Assembly (NCBI GenBank): GCA_963775365.1
Contig: CAVZJL010000054.1
Location: 41,151-105,150, forward strand
Source of the DNA: an uncultured Acidobacteriaceae bacterium
GTDB taxonomy: Bacteria > Acidobacteriota > Terriglobia > Terriglobales > Acidobacteriaceae
Direction: 5' to 3'
Length of the DNA stretch: 64,000 nucleotides
The first letter of the stretch is position 1, and every line of letters starts with the position of its first letter. The position numbers and the translations under genes were made by a program. Below, one piece after another: positions 49,561 through 58,060 of the stretch. The notes beneath the pieces are model-generated. The model was not told where the DNA came from, made no database searches, and saw nothing but the letters and a program-made list of their open reading frames with translations.

Positions 49561-50547
49561 TCAGGAGACATCTGGCGCGTCCAGGAGGGCGAGGAGGTGC
49601 TCGCCGCGGCCGGTCAGGCGGTAGACGACGTTGCGGCCGGCGCGGGTGCCTGCCACGACGCCGGAGTCGCGCAGGACGGCGAGGTGGTCGCTGACCGTGC
49701 CAAGCGAGACTTCCAGAATGCTGGCCAGCTGGGTGCTCGTCGCCGGCTGGGCGAGCTGGCGTAGCACGCGTGCCCGGCCGGCGCCCAGCAGCCGGGAGGC
49801 GGGATCACTTCCGTCGCCATCCTGCCTGGCCGCGACCCCCCAGGCCGGGTAGACCAGCGCGTAGTTGGGCGGGCGCTCGCAGGTCCACTGGCCGTCGCCC
49901 GCCGTGCGGGGGACGAAGATCAGCCCGTCTTCCTCAATCCACCGGTCCGGGTAGTCCTGGCGACTGAAAGCTATCGCGTTATCGCCCACCCAGGACACCT
50001 TGGCGGCCATGTCGTTGATGGTGCGCTGCCAGCCATAGGCGGCCAGCAGGCCGGCCCGGTACATGATGTCGCGCTCAAGGATGGCGCGCCGTCGCGCCCA
50101 GTCGGGCTCGACGAATCGTGCCCAGCCCTCATCGAACATGGCGGCGACGCGCTGGGCCAGTTTGCCGAGGCTCAGCCAGCGGGTATCGGGTTGCCCCCAG
50201 CTCGCCGCGACGGCTGGCGCGGTCATCGCGGTGACTTCCTCATCCGTGTGCGCGGCCACGACGGCAAGCTCGTCCGCGAGCCGGGTGCGGACCCCGTCCG
50301 CCGGCGGGATCGCGACGTAGTCGGGAAACCACTTGGTGGCGGCGAGCAGCGGCACCAGGCCCCCGGCGACCGGGTCGCCCGCGAGCCAGTCGCGGAAGCC
50401 GGCCTGGTGCCGGGCGGCCCATGGCGCGAGCCACGGCTCGGCGCTCCCGCGTTGCAGCACGATGAGGCAGCCGATGGTCTCCGCCAGCGGGGATATGGCG
50501 AAGCGGCTGCGCGAGAGCGCGATCGAGCTGAGCCTGAGCAGTGTCAT
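49561..50547 (-). CDS. ArsR-family winged-helix regulator with long N-terminal domain (DUF5937-like)
   Basis: ATG 50547; 328 aa; C-terminal RARVLRQLAQPATSTQLASILEVSLGTVSDHLAVLRDSGVV HTH. Confidence 0.7.
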   Translation of the reverse strand: MTLLRLSSIALSRSRFAISPLAETIGCLIVLQRGSAEPWLAPWAARHQAGFRDWLAGDPVAGGLVPLLAATKWFPDYVAIPPADGVRTRLADELAVVAAHTDEEVTAMTAPAVAASWGQPDTRWLSLGKLAQRVAAMFDEGWARFVEPDWARRRAILERDIMYRAGLLAAYGWQRTINDMAAKVSWVGDNAIAFSRQDYPDRWIEEDGLIFVPRTAGDGQWTCERPPNYALVYPAWGVAARQDGDGSDPASRLLGAGRARVLRQLAQPATSTQLASILEVSLGTVSDHLAVLRDSGVVAGTRAGRNVVYRLTGRGEHLLALLDAPDVS

Positions 50548-50607
50548 TCTTGCGCCTTTCGCCGCAATGTTAGCCCGGGACGGCGCTGGCGACCAAGCTC
50601 GTCTCCC

Positions 50608-52020
50608 GTGCCTCCCGTGCCTCCCGTTTCCCCGCCCAACCCTCCCCCGCCGCCCGGCCCTCCCCCGCCGCCCGGCCCACCCCGGCTGCCCGGCCCTCCC
50701 CCCAGTCCACCCCGGCCGTCCGGCCCTCCCCCCAGCCCACCCCGGCCGCCGGGGCGTCCCCTGCTGTCCCCGCCGTTTCGTGGCTTCTTCTTCGGCCGCC
50801 TGATCTCGCTGCTCGGCAGCGCCATGACCCCGGTCACCCTGGCGCTGTCGGTGCTCAACGCCTCCGGGCAGCCCACCGACCTCGGCGTCGTGATGGCGAG
50901 CCAGATCGTTCCGCAGCTCGCGCTCTTGCTGGCCGGTGGTGCGATCAGCGACCGGTTCCCGCGCCGCACGGTCTTGTGGCTGTCGAACCTCGGTGCGGGA
51001 CTGGCCCAGGGCGGCGTTGCCGTGCTGCTGATTACCGGGCACTACAGCCTGCCCGCCATAGCTTCCCTTTCCGCACTGAACGGCGCGGTCGAGGCCTTCG
51101 CATCCCCCGCGTTGCGTAGCGTGCTCCCCGATCTCGTCGCTCGTACTTCCCCGTCCCGCACCCCTGGCCGGCCGCCACCCCCGGGCCTCCGGTCCCCAGC
51201 GACCTGCAGCGCGCTAACTCACTGCTGGCCTCGTCGCAGAACGCGGCAAAGGTGCTGGGCCACCGTCGGGGGGCTGCTCGTGGTCGGCATCGGGGGCGGC
51301 TGGGCCATCGCGCTGGACGCGGCCAGCTTCCTCATCGCCGCTGTGTTTTTCTCCCGCCTCCCCCTCCCCGCTCGCCTGCCCGCTAGCCTCCCAGGCGGTA
51401 CCGGGCAGGATGGCCCCGGTAGCAGGCGCCGGATGCTCGCCGATATCGGGGAAGGATGGCGCGAGTTCCGGGCGATCCCGTGGGTGGTGGCGATGGCCGT
51501 GTCGTTCTGCTTTCTCAACTTGGTGAATGCGGGCCCGTGGCAGATCCTCGGCCCGACCCTGACCAGGGAGCACGGCAGCGAGGCCATCTGGGGCATCGTG
51601 CTGAGCGTCCGCGCCGTCGGCCTGCTCGCGATGAGCGCGGCGATGTACCGGCTGACGCTGCGCCTGCCGCTGCGCGACGCCAGCCTGCTCGGCCTGGCGG
51701 GGGCGCTCCCGCTGTTCGCCCTCGGCCTCGGCTTCGCCGCGCCATGGCTGGCGGCCTGCGCCTTTGTCGGCGCCATTGGCTTCACCGCCAAGGGTGTCGC
51801 CTGGGACACCTCGCTGCAGCTCAGCGTCCCCCGGCACGCGCTGTCGCGGATCGCCTCCATCGACGACCTGCTGTCCTACGCCGCCATCCCCGTTGGCGAA
51901 CTGCTCGCCGGCCCGGCAGCGGCCCACTTCGGCGCCAGGACAGTCACGTTCTGCTGTGGGATCGGTTACCTTGTGGCGACGGCCGCTCCGCTAGCCGTTC
52001 GGTCCGTACGAGACCTGGAG
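50608..52020 (+). pseudogene. MFS transporter (EntS/MFS_3-like) with Pro-rich repeat N-terminus; frameshifted; both ends uncertain
   Basis: FRGFFFGRLISLLGSAMTPVTLALSVL...; between ~51190 and ~51270 the conserved DLQRANSLLASSQNAAKVLGP lies in another frame; the 860-aa ORF 50191..52773 runs on antisense to kup. Confidence 0.6.
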
Positions 52021-52029
52021 CCTCCCCGC

Positions 52030-53957
52030 TTACAGGTCGATGCGCGCGCCCATGATGACCGTGCGGTCGCGAGGGAGCTGGAAGTACTCGGCGGCGTCCG
52101 CGGTCAGCCGGGACGTGGCCAGGAAGAGCCGCTTGCGCCACACGCTCAGGCCCGGCTCCTGGCCGATGTGCAGGTCGAGCTTGGACAGGAAGTAGGAGAC
52201 GTCCATGGGGTCCACGCAGCCCTTGATCTCGGCCCGGTTCATCAGCGGCAGCAGCGCGGGCACGTTCGGCGTGTCCATGTAGCCGAAGCTGACCGTGACA
52301 TGCGCGATCATGTCATCGGCGTAGCCAAGGTCATCGATGTCGGCGATCCGCTGGCTCTCCGGGACATGCGGCCTCGGCACCGTCTCGATGGACAAGATGA
52401 TGACGCGCTCGTGGAGCACGTGGTTGTGCTCGACGTTCGCCCGCAGCGCCAGTGGGGCCGTCTCCTTGCCCCGGTTCAGGAAGATCGCCGTCCCCGGGAC
52501 GCGCGCCAGCGCCGGCTGCTTGGAGTGCAGCTCGTTCACGGCTCGTGCAGCGACCCCTCATCGTGCTGGCGCAGCCGGGTGACAATGTGGCGGCCCTTCT
52601 GCCACGTGATGAGGACCGTGAACACCAGAAGGCCAACGAGCAGCGGCAGCCAGGCACCGCGGACGAACTTGGTGAGGTTGACCGCGACGAATGCCAGGTC
52701 CACGAGGAGCAGCAGGCCGGCAGCCGGCACCAGTAGCCAGAGCGGCTGGTGCCACTTCTTCCGGGCGATGTAAAAGAACAGCAGGGTTGTGCACGTGATG
52801 GTGCAGGTCACCGCCATGCCGTAGGCGTAGGCGAGCGCGTTGGAACTCTTGAAGATGAAGACGAGCGCCAGGACCCCCAAGAGTAGCGCCCAGTTGATCC
52901 AGGGCACGTAGATCTGGCCGACCTGTTCCTCGGAGGTGTGGTCGATCCGCAGCCGTGGCAGGTAGCCGAGCTGGGCGGCCTGCTGGGTCAGCGAGTACGC
53001 CCCGGAGATGACCGCCTGGGAGGCGATGACGGTGGCCACGGTAGCGAGGATGACCATGGGAATCCGGCCCCAGCCGGGCACCAGCAGGAAGAACGGGTTG
53101 GCGATCGCGCCCGCGGGGTTCCCGAGGACGAGCGCGCCCTGGCCCAGGTAGCTGAGGGTGCAGGCCGGGAAGACGAGCATCAGCCACATCGCGGTAATGG
53201 GCCGCCGCCCGAAGTGGCCCATGTCCGCGTACAGGGCCTCCGCCCCGGTGACGGCGAGGACCACGGCGGCCAGCGAGAAGAACGCGGCCGTGAAGTGGCC
53301 GGCCAGGAACCCGATGGCGTAAGTGGGCGACAATGCCTTCAGGATCGCCGGGTGGCCGATGATGCCGTGGACGCCCAGCACGGCGATGACGGTGAACCAG
53401 ACGGCCATGACCGGGCCGAAAAACCTGCCCACCGCCCCCGTCCCCAGCCGCTGGATGAAGAACAGGCCAAGGATGATGAGCGCCGTGATCGGCACCACCA
53501 GGTGCGTTACCGAGGGCGACACGATCTCGACTCCGGAGACCGCCGAGAGCACCGAGATGGCAGGCGTGATCAGCGAGTCGCCGAAGAACAGCGACGCCCC
53601 GAATACCCCGAGCATCGCGAGGAAGACCGTCACCCGCCGGCCGCTGGCCCCGCCCATCTTCCGGATCAGCGTGATGAGCGCCATGATGCCGCCCTCGCCG
53701 TCGTTGTCGGCGCGCATCACCAGCAGCACGTAGGTCACGGTGACGATGAGCATCCCGGACCAGAAGATCAGCGAGGTGACCCCGAAGACGCTATCCGTCG
53801 AAACCTGGATCCGATGCGGGTCCGTTGGGTCGAAAATCGTCTGAACCGTGTACAGCGGGCTGGTCCCGATGTCCCCGAATACCACGCCCAGCGCCCCGAG
53901 TGCGAGCGCCGCCTGGCCTGTACTTTCGCGCCTTGCTTGCCTTGCCACGGGGTTCAC
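52030..53957 (-). pseudogene. kup: KUP-family potassium transporter, one frameshift near 52540
   Basis: ALALGALGVVFGDIGTSPLYTVQTIF N-terminus (52536..53957); C-terminal piece 52030..52539 continues NELHSKQPALARVPGTAIFLNRGKETAPLAL. Confidence 0.85.
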
Positions 53958-54072
53958 GTTACAGAACGCCTCTCATCGCCTTCCCTCCCCCGCCCTCGTC
54001 CGCCGTGTACCCGACCGTCCGTGCCTGACCAGGCACGCCTGGTTTCGGCCGCTGCGTCGCCCGCGGCTCGGC

Positions 54073-54155
54073 GGCGGCGTCGGCCCGGCGTCCCGGCGGC
54101 GTCGGCCCGGCGTCCCGGCGGCGTCGGCCCGGCGTCCCGGCGGCGTCGGCCCGCC
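54073..54155. repeat. 22-nt tandem repeat, about 3.8 units
   Basis: ggcggcgtcggcccggcgtccc repeated three times, followed by a partial fourth unit (17 nt, last base differing). Confidence 0.85.
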
Positions 54156-54300
54156 TAATTGGCCGCGGCCTCCCGAATCAGCGCACCTACCGCCGCGCTT
54201 TTATGTAAAGTTTCCCGGTTGTGAAGGATTTGCCACGTTGCAACGTGGCGAATCTTACATAAACGGAAAATCTTACAGTAAATGGAATGGTCAATTAGGC
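54153..54300. repeat. AT-rich island bounded by 12-bp inverted repeats, containing palindrome copy 2 (54220..54261)
   Basis: gcctaattggcc (54153-54164) versus ggtcaattaggc (54289-54300), 11/12 complementary; inside, tgtgaaggatttgccacgttgcaacgtggcgaatcttacata with perfect 16-bp core ccacgttgcaacgtgg. Confidence 0.7.
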
Positions 54301-54420
54301 GGCGTGGGCTTATAGGGGCGCGTGTTACCGGGGTGGCGGGCGGCCGGCGGCCAGGGAGAGACAGCGGCGAGCCGGCACGCGCCAACGATGCGGGGACTTC
54401 AGGGTTTTGTGCACTCAGTG

Positions 54421-54834
54421 TCAGACTCGGTGAGCGAAGCCGGCAACGATGTCGGTGCCGATGCCGATCACGATGGCCATGGACCCAGCAACCCAGGGGC
54501 GCAGGGCTTGCTGGTATCGGGCTATCAGCGCGGGGTCCTCGACCAGGCGGGCAAGGCCGGTGACGGTCACGCTCCAGCCGGTACGGGTGCGGGGATCGAT
54601 CTGGTCCGCCTCGTAGGCCACCACGTTTCCGCGGCCATGGTCCGCGCGCGCGGCGATCGCCGAGTCATCGTGGCTAAGGATGATGATCTGCCCGTCGCTG
54701 AGCAGGTGGTTGACGGGACGGATGGCCGGCATCGCGTGCTCGGTGAAGACGACGCGGCCATACTCGGCGCCCGCTAGCTTGTCCAGCGCCTGCTGCCTGG
54801 TCATCGGCTTCATCTGCCGGTCGCCTTCGTCCAT
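54421..54834 (-). CDS. pyridoxamine 5'-phosphate oxidase-family (FMN/F420-binding split-barrel) protein
   Basis: 137 aa; LAGAEYGRVVFTEHAMPAIRPVNHLLSDGQIIILS...VAYEADQIDPRTRTGWSVTVTGLARLV. Confidence 0.65.
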   Translation of the reverse strand: MDEGDRQMKPMTRQQALDKLAGAEYGRVVFTEHAMPAIRPVNHLLSDGQIIILSHDDSAIAARADHGRGNVVAYEADQIDPRTRTGWSVTVTGLARLVEDPALIARYQQALRPWVAGSMAIVIGIGTDIVAGFAHRV

Positions 54835-54933
54835 GTCCCCTCTTCAGTCCGGCCTGCGCGGTTGCCAGGCCTGCCCATTGTGGGGGCCGCGCAAGGCAGG
54901 CAGACAAGGGCCGAACGTCCCGTCCAGAGTCGC

Positions 54934-55291
54934 TTAGTCCTTCGGGGTATAGCCGACGGCGTGCAGCAGGCGGGAGCGGCGGGTGCCGGAGGCGGGACGG
55001 GCTCGGCGCCGGCGGCGCGGGCGGGGCCGGAGTCACGCCGGCGACGATCTGCTCGGCCATGCCATACAACAGCGGCAGGGCGCCGGCGACCACGCCGCCG
55101 GTCTGGTTGATGTGCTCCACGCCGGGGCCGATGAGCTCGGCGTCCGTCTTGATGCCCTGCACGATCTCGGCGGCGCCCTCCAGGTTGGCTCCGATGCGGT
55201 CCAGCAGCGTGCCGGCCCAGTACAGGTACAAGGCCAGGCCCGCGATCAGCGCGACGATGACCAGGACCGTGAGGACGACCAGCAGGGTCAT
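54934..55291 (-). CDS. small single-pass membrane protein, array member 5 (3' end uncertain)
   Basis: ATG 55291 in ATGA overlap with member 4; MTLLVVLTVLVIVALIAGLALYLYWAGTLLDRIGANLEGAAEIVQGIK...; literal ORF runs to 54674 but loses GC3 bias after ~54960, whereas the shifted frame ends LLHAVGYTPKD-TAA at 54934. Confidence 0.5.
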
Positions 55292-55566
55292 GATGACTTC
55301 ACCGTCTCTACGACGCGGCCGAGGAAAAGGTGATGCTGCAGGCCTTCGGCTAGTACGGCTTCCACGCCGTTGGCCACCTGCGGGATGAGCACGGTCGAGG
55401 CGGTGTTCGCCTTGGCCGCGGTCAGCGTGCCGCCGATCGCGAGCACCCGCTTGTCGATGACCTTGATCAGGTAGATGAGCAGGCTGAGCAGGGCGGCGAC
55501 AGCCAGCACGACAACGAAGCCGACGATGATCGCGACCACCCAAAGCGTATGCTCAGTGGGGTTCAT
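55288..55566 (-). CDS. small single-pass membrane protein, array member 4
   Basis: 92 aa; MNPTEHTLWVVAIIVGFVVVLAVAALLSLLIYLIKVIDKRVLAIGGTLTAAKANT...; GGGAGG upstream; high GC3. Confidence 0.6.
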   Translation of the reverse strand: MNPTEHTLWVVAIIVGFVVVLAVAALLSLLIYLIKVIDKRVLAIGGTLTAAKANTASTVLIPQVANGVEAVLAEGLQHHLFLGRVVETVKSS

Positions 55567-55572
55567 GCGGGG

Positions 55573-55818
55573 CTAGCCTCCCAGCCGGGCGCGGCCGCGG
55601 GCCAGGCCCGCGATAATGATGGTGGCGTGCTCGATCGTGGTGCTCAGCGCGGCCAGCGGTGCGGTGTTTCGCACCGCGCCCTCCAGGGCCGCGTTGATCT
55701 TCGGTGCCTCGTCGCCGATCTGCTTGGCCAGGACGAGGATGGGCACGACGAGGGCCACGACCGCGAGGACGACGATGCCCCCGATCACGTAGCCGATGGT
55801 CCAGTCGGTGATCATCAC
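55573..55818 (-). CDS. small single-pass membrane protein, array member 3
   Basis: 81 aa; MMITDWTIGYVIGGIVVLAVVALVVPILVLAKQIGDEAPKINAALEGAVRNT...; ATGA overlap with member 2. Confidence 0.6.
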   Translation of the reverse strand: MMITDWTIGYVIGGIVVLAVVALVVPILVLAKQIGDEAPKINAALEGAVRNTAPLAALSTTIEHATIIIAGLARGRARLGG

Positions 55819-56042
55819 ACGCCTTCGCAGAAGTCACGGACCGGCTTCAGGTTCGCGTTCACCGAGGTGAGCCGCGTGGGGACGGTCGACGTAAGCTGGT
55901 CGACCGCCTGGACGCCGCCAGTGACGGCGCGCAGGGTGGTGCGGATCGCGTACAGGTGGAGGATGACCCGCAGCAGGCCGACGGCGGTGATCGCGATGAT
56001 CAGGCCCGCGACGGCGATGGTCATCCAGGCGGCTGCTGGCAT
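55815..56042 (-). CDS. small single-pass membrane protein, array member 2
   Basis: 75 aa; MPAAAWMTIAVAGLIIAITAVGLLRVILHLYAIRTTLRAVTGGVQAV...; AGGAG 8 nt upstream. Confidence 0.6.
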   Translation of the reverse strand: MPAAAWMTIAVAGLIIAITAVGLLRVILHLYAIRTTLRAVTGGVQAVDQLTSTVPTRLTSVNANLKPVRDFCEGV

Positions 56043-56063
56043 GACGGTGCGCTCCTATCCGAA

Positions 56064-56318
56064 TTAGCCGAGTAGCTTCGCGACCGAGCCGGCATAGCGA
56101 ACCGCGCCAACTCGCACCGCCTCGATGGTCTTGTCCGTGACGGCCAGTGCCTCGGGCACGCCGTCCAGCTCGCCGACGAGGGCAACCCCGCCAGCCAGGA
56201 TGGCGTCACACGCGCCCCGGATGCGCTCGCAGGCGGCGAGCACCCGGTTGAGCAGGTAGATGACGACAGGGAAGACCACCACGAGCAAGATGGCGTTGCC
56301 GATCCACCAGAGGACCAT
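56064..56318 (-). CDS. small single-pass membrane protein, array member 1
   Basis: 84 aa; MVLWWIGNAILLVVVFPVVIYLLNRVLAACERIRGACDAILAGGVALV...; AAGGAGAA 5 nt upstream; high GC3. Confidence 0.6.
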   Translation of the reverse strand: MVLWWIGNAILLVVVFPVVIYLLNRVLAACERIRGACDAILAGGVALVGELDGVPEALAVTDKTIEAVRVGAVRYAGSVAKLLG

Positions 56319-56374
56319 GGGCTTCTCCTTTCGGGAGGCGGGAGGCGGGAGGCGAGGGTGGCGGGAGGCGAGGG
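56319..56374 (-). promoter_or_regulatory. C-rich heptamer-repeat leader between coxG and the small-protein array
   Basis: mRNA sense: CCCUCG CCUCCCG CCACCCUCG CCUCCCG CCUCCCG CCUCCCG AAAGGAGAAGCCC AUG; four CCUCCCG units next to the SD. Confidence 0.35.
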
Positions 56375-56965
56375 TCAGGTCGCTGGCTGGTAGGGCAGGA
56401 AGAACCGGCGGAATACGCGCGCCAGGGCTAGCCGCGTGGCCCGCGCCGCCAAGGCGAGGCCGCCGACTGAGCTTCCGGCGGCGGCGGCCGCGATCTGCTC
56501 GGCCGACTCACCGCGGTCCAGCCGGGTGATGCGGTCGACCATCGTGGTGGCGAAGTCGCGCATCATGATGGCCGAGAAGTCAGCGATCATGCCGCGTCCG
56601 TACTGCGCCGCCGCGCCGGAAAGTTGCAGGTCCTGCACGACGTCGACGCGGGTGCCACGGCCCTTGGCGGAAAGCGCGGCCGTGACCGTCATGGCGGCCT
56701 GGCCGCGGCCTCGCTCATCGGCGCCGGATGCCTGCACGGCGATCTTCCTCGCCGCGTCGTCCTTCTCCGTGATGTCGGCGTTCCCGGCGAACTGCAGCCG
56801 GACCGGGCCCATCCGGATGGCGACCCGGCCCTTGTACTTGCCATCTCCGAGATCTTCGGTCAGCTCCGCGCCCGGCAGGCACGAGGCCACCTGCGGGATG
56901 TCGTCGAAGAACTTCCAGACCTTGTCGACTGGCTGCGCCACCTCGAAGCCGCTATTGATGATCAT
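56375..56965 (-). CDS. coxG: CoxG-family (SRPBCC) carbon monoxide dehydrogenase subunit G
   Basis: 196 aa; MIINSGFEVAQPVDKVWKFFDDIPQVASCLPGAELTEDLGDGKYKGRVAIRMGPVRLQFAG...LSGAAAQYGRGMI; 4-nt overlap with xdhC-like gene. Confidence 0.75.
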   Translation of the reverse strand: MIINSGFEVAQPVDKVWKFFDDIPQVASCLPGAELTEDLGDGKYKGRVAIRMGPVRLQFAGNADITEKDDAARKIAVQASGADERGRGQAAMTVTAALSAKGRGTRVDVVQDLQLSGAAAQYGRGMIADFSAIMMRDFATTMVDRITRLDRGESAEQIAAAAAGSSVGGLALAARATRLALARVFRRFFLPYQPAT

Positions 56966-57951
56966 CGGACCAGCTCCTCCTCGTAACGACTTCGACAGCC
57001 CGCGCAGCAGAAGTAATGGGTCACCTCGCCGTGCTCAAGCGGCCAGTGCGCAGCGTCGGCCGTCACGGTCATCCCGCACACCGGGTCGACGGCCGGGCCG
57101 GGGGTGGCGACGGGGGCGCGTGTGGTCGCGGGCGCAGGCGAGGTGGCAGGCGCGGACGCGGGGCCGGCAGCGGAAGAGGCGGCTTGGCATGGCTGCGCCA
57201 GGGCTCCCGAGGCGCGCAGTTGTACCAGCTCGGCGATGATCGCGACGGCCATCTCCTCGTGGCTGGTCCGGCCTAGGTCCAGCCCCGCCGGGACGTGCAC
57301 CCGGTCGAGGTCAGCCCGCGGCAGCCCGCGCTCGGCCAGGTAGCCCAGCACCGCCGCGCCCCGCTTGCGGGAGCCGACGAGGCCGAGGTAGGCCGGACGA
57401 GACGCGATGGCCTGGCCGATCATGTCCTCATCGCCATGCCCCTGGGTGGCGACGACGACCATCGACCGCGCGGACACGCGTGCCGCGGCGTAGTCCTTGG
57501 TGAACTCGGCCCCCGGCACCAGGTCAACCGCCCAGTCCAGCGCCCGGGCCAGCCCGGCCAGGACGTGAGCCATCGGGGAGCCGCCCACGATCACCAGGTG
57601 CGGCGCGGGGAGCACCGGCTCGACGTACACCTCGAGGGCACCCTCGCTCTGGCATGAGATCGGCACCACCGTCATGCCGTCCTGCACGGCGCCACCGAAC
57701 CGCTCGGCCGTGCCGAGCAGCAGCAGCCGGGGCTTCCCGTCGGCGATGGCCTGCTTGGCCTCGCGGATCACCACGGGCTCGGCGCAGGCACCGCCGATCC
57801 AGCCGCTCAGCTGGCCGCTGGCGGTGATGATCGCCCGCGACCCCTGCTTCCCTGACGAGGGGCCTTCCCGCCAGACCACGGTCGCCAGCGCGAACGGCTC
57901 GCCGCGGGAGGCGAGCGAGGAAGCCTCCGAGAGGATGCCCAGACCACTCAT
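56962..57951 (-). CDS. XdhC/CoxF/CoxI-family maturation protein fused to a C-terminal YHS/TRASH metal-binding domain
   Basis: ATG 57951; 329 aa; FALATVVWREGPSSGKQGSRAII, LVIVGGSPMAHVLAGLA Rossmann-like part, then Ala/Pro linker and DPVCGMTVTADAAHWPLEHGEVTHYFCCAGCRSRYEE. Confidence 0.8.
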   Translation of the reverse strand: MSGLGILSEASSLASRGEPFALATVVWREGPSSGKQGSRAIITASGQLSGWIGGACAEPVVIREAKQAIADGKPRLLLLGTAERFGGAVQDGMTVVPISCQSEGALEVYVEPVLPAPHLVIVGGSPMAHVLAGLARALDWAVDLVPGAEFTKDYAAARVSARSMVVVATQGHGDEDMIGQAIASRPAYLGLVGSRKRGAAVLGYLAERGLPRADLDRVHVPAGLDLGRTSHEEMAVAIIAELVQLRASGALAQPCQAASSAAGPASAPATSPAPATTRAPVATPGPAVDPVCGMTVTADAAHWPLEHGEVTHYFCCAGCRSRYEEELVR

Positions 57952-58060
57952 GATGCCCGTCCCGGCACAGCGATGACGCAATCGCGTAGCGCTGAGGCAT
58001 CGCAATTGCGCAATCGCGTGGGAGCAGGGGGGCAGCGGCGGAGTCCGGGAGGCATCATGG

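Noticed and set aside
50191-52773. 860-aa plus-strand ORF
   Set aside because: It is a composite read-through: antisense of arsR, then the MFS gene in and out of frame, then antisense of the kup 3' end. It is not a single gene.
54073-54155. Possible CRISPR array (regular 22-nt repeats)
   Set aside because: The units are directly contiguous with no spacers, there are only about 3.8 copies, and no cas genes are present. It is a simple tandem repeat.
53958-54420. c-di-AMP (ydaO/kimA-type) riboswitch upstream of kup
   Set aside because: I could not find the conserved pseudo-two-fold ydaO core on the kup strand. Only a vague GAUUCGGGAGG similarity was present.
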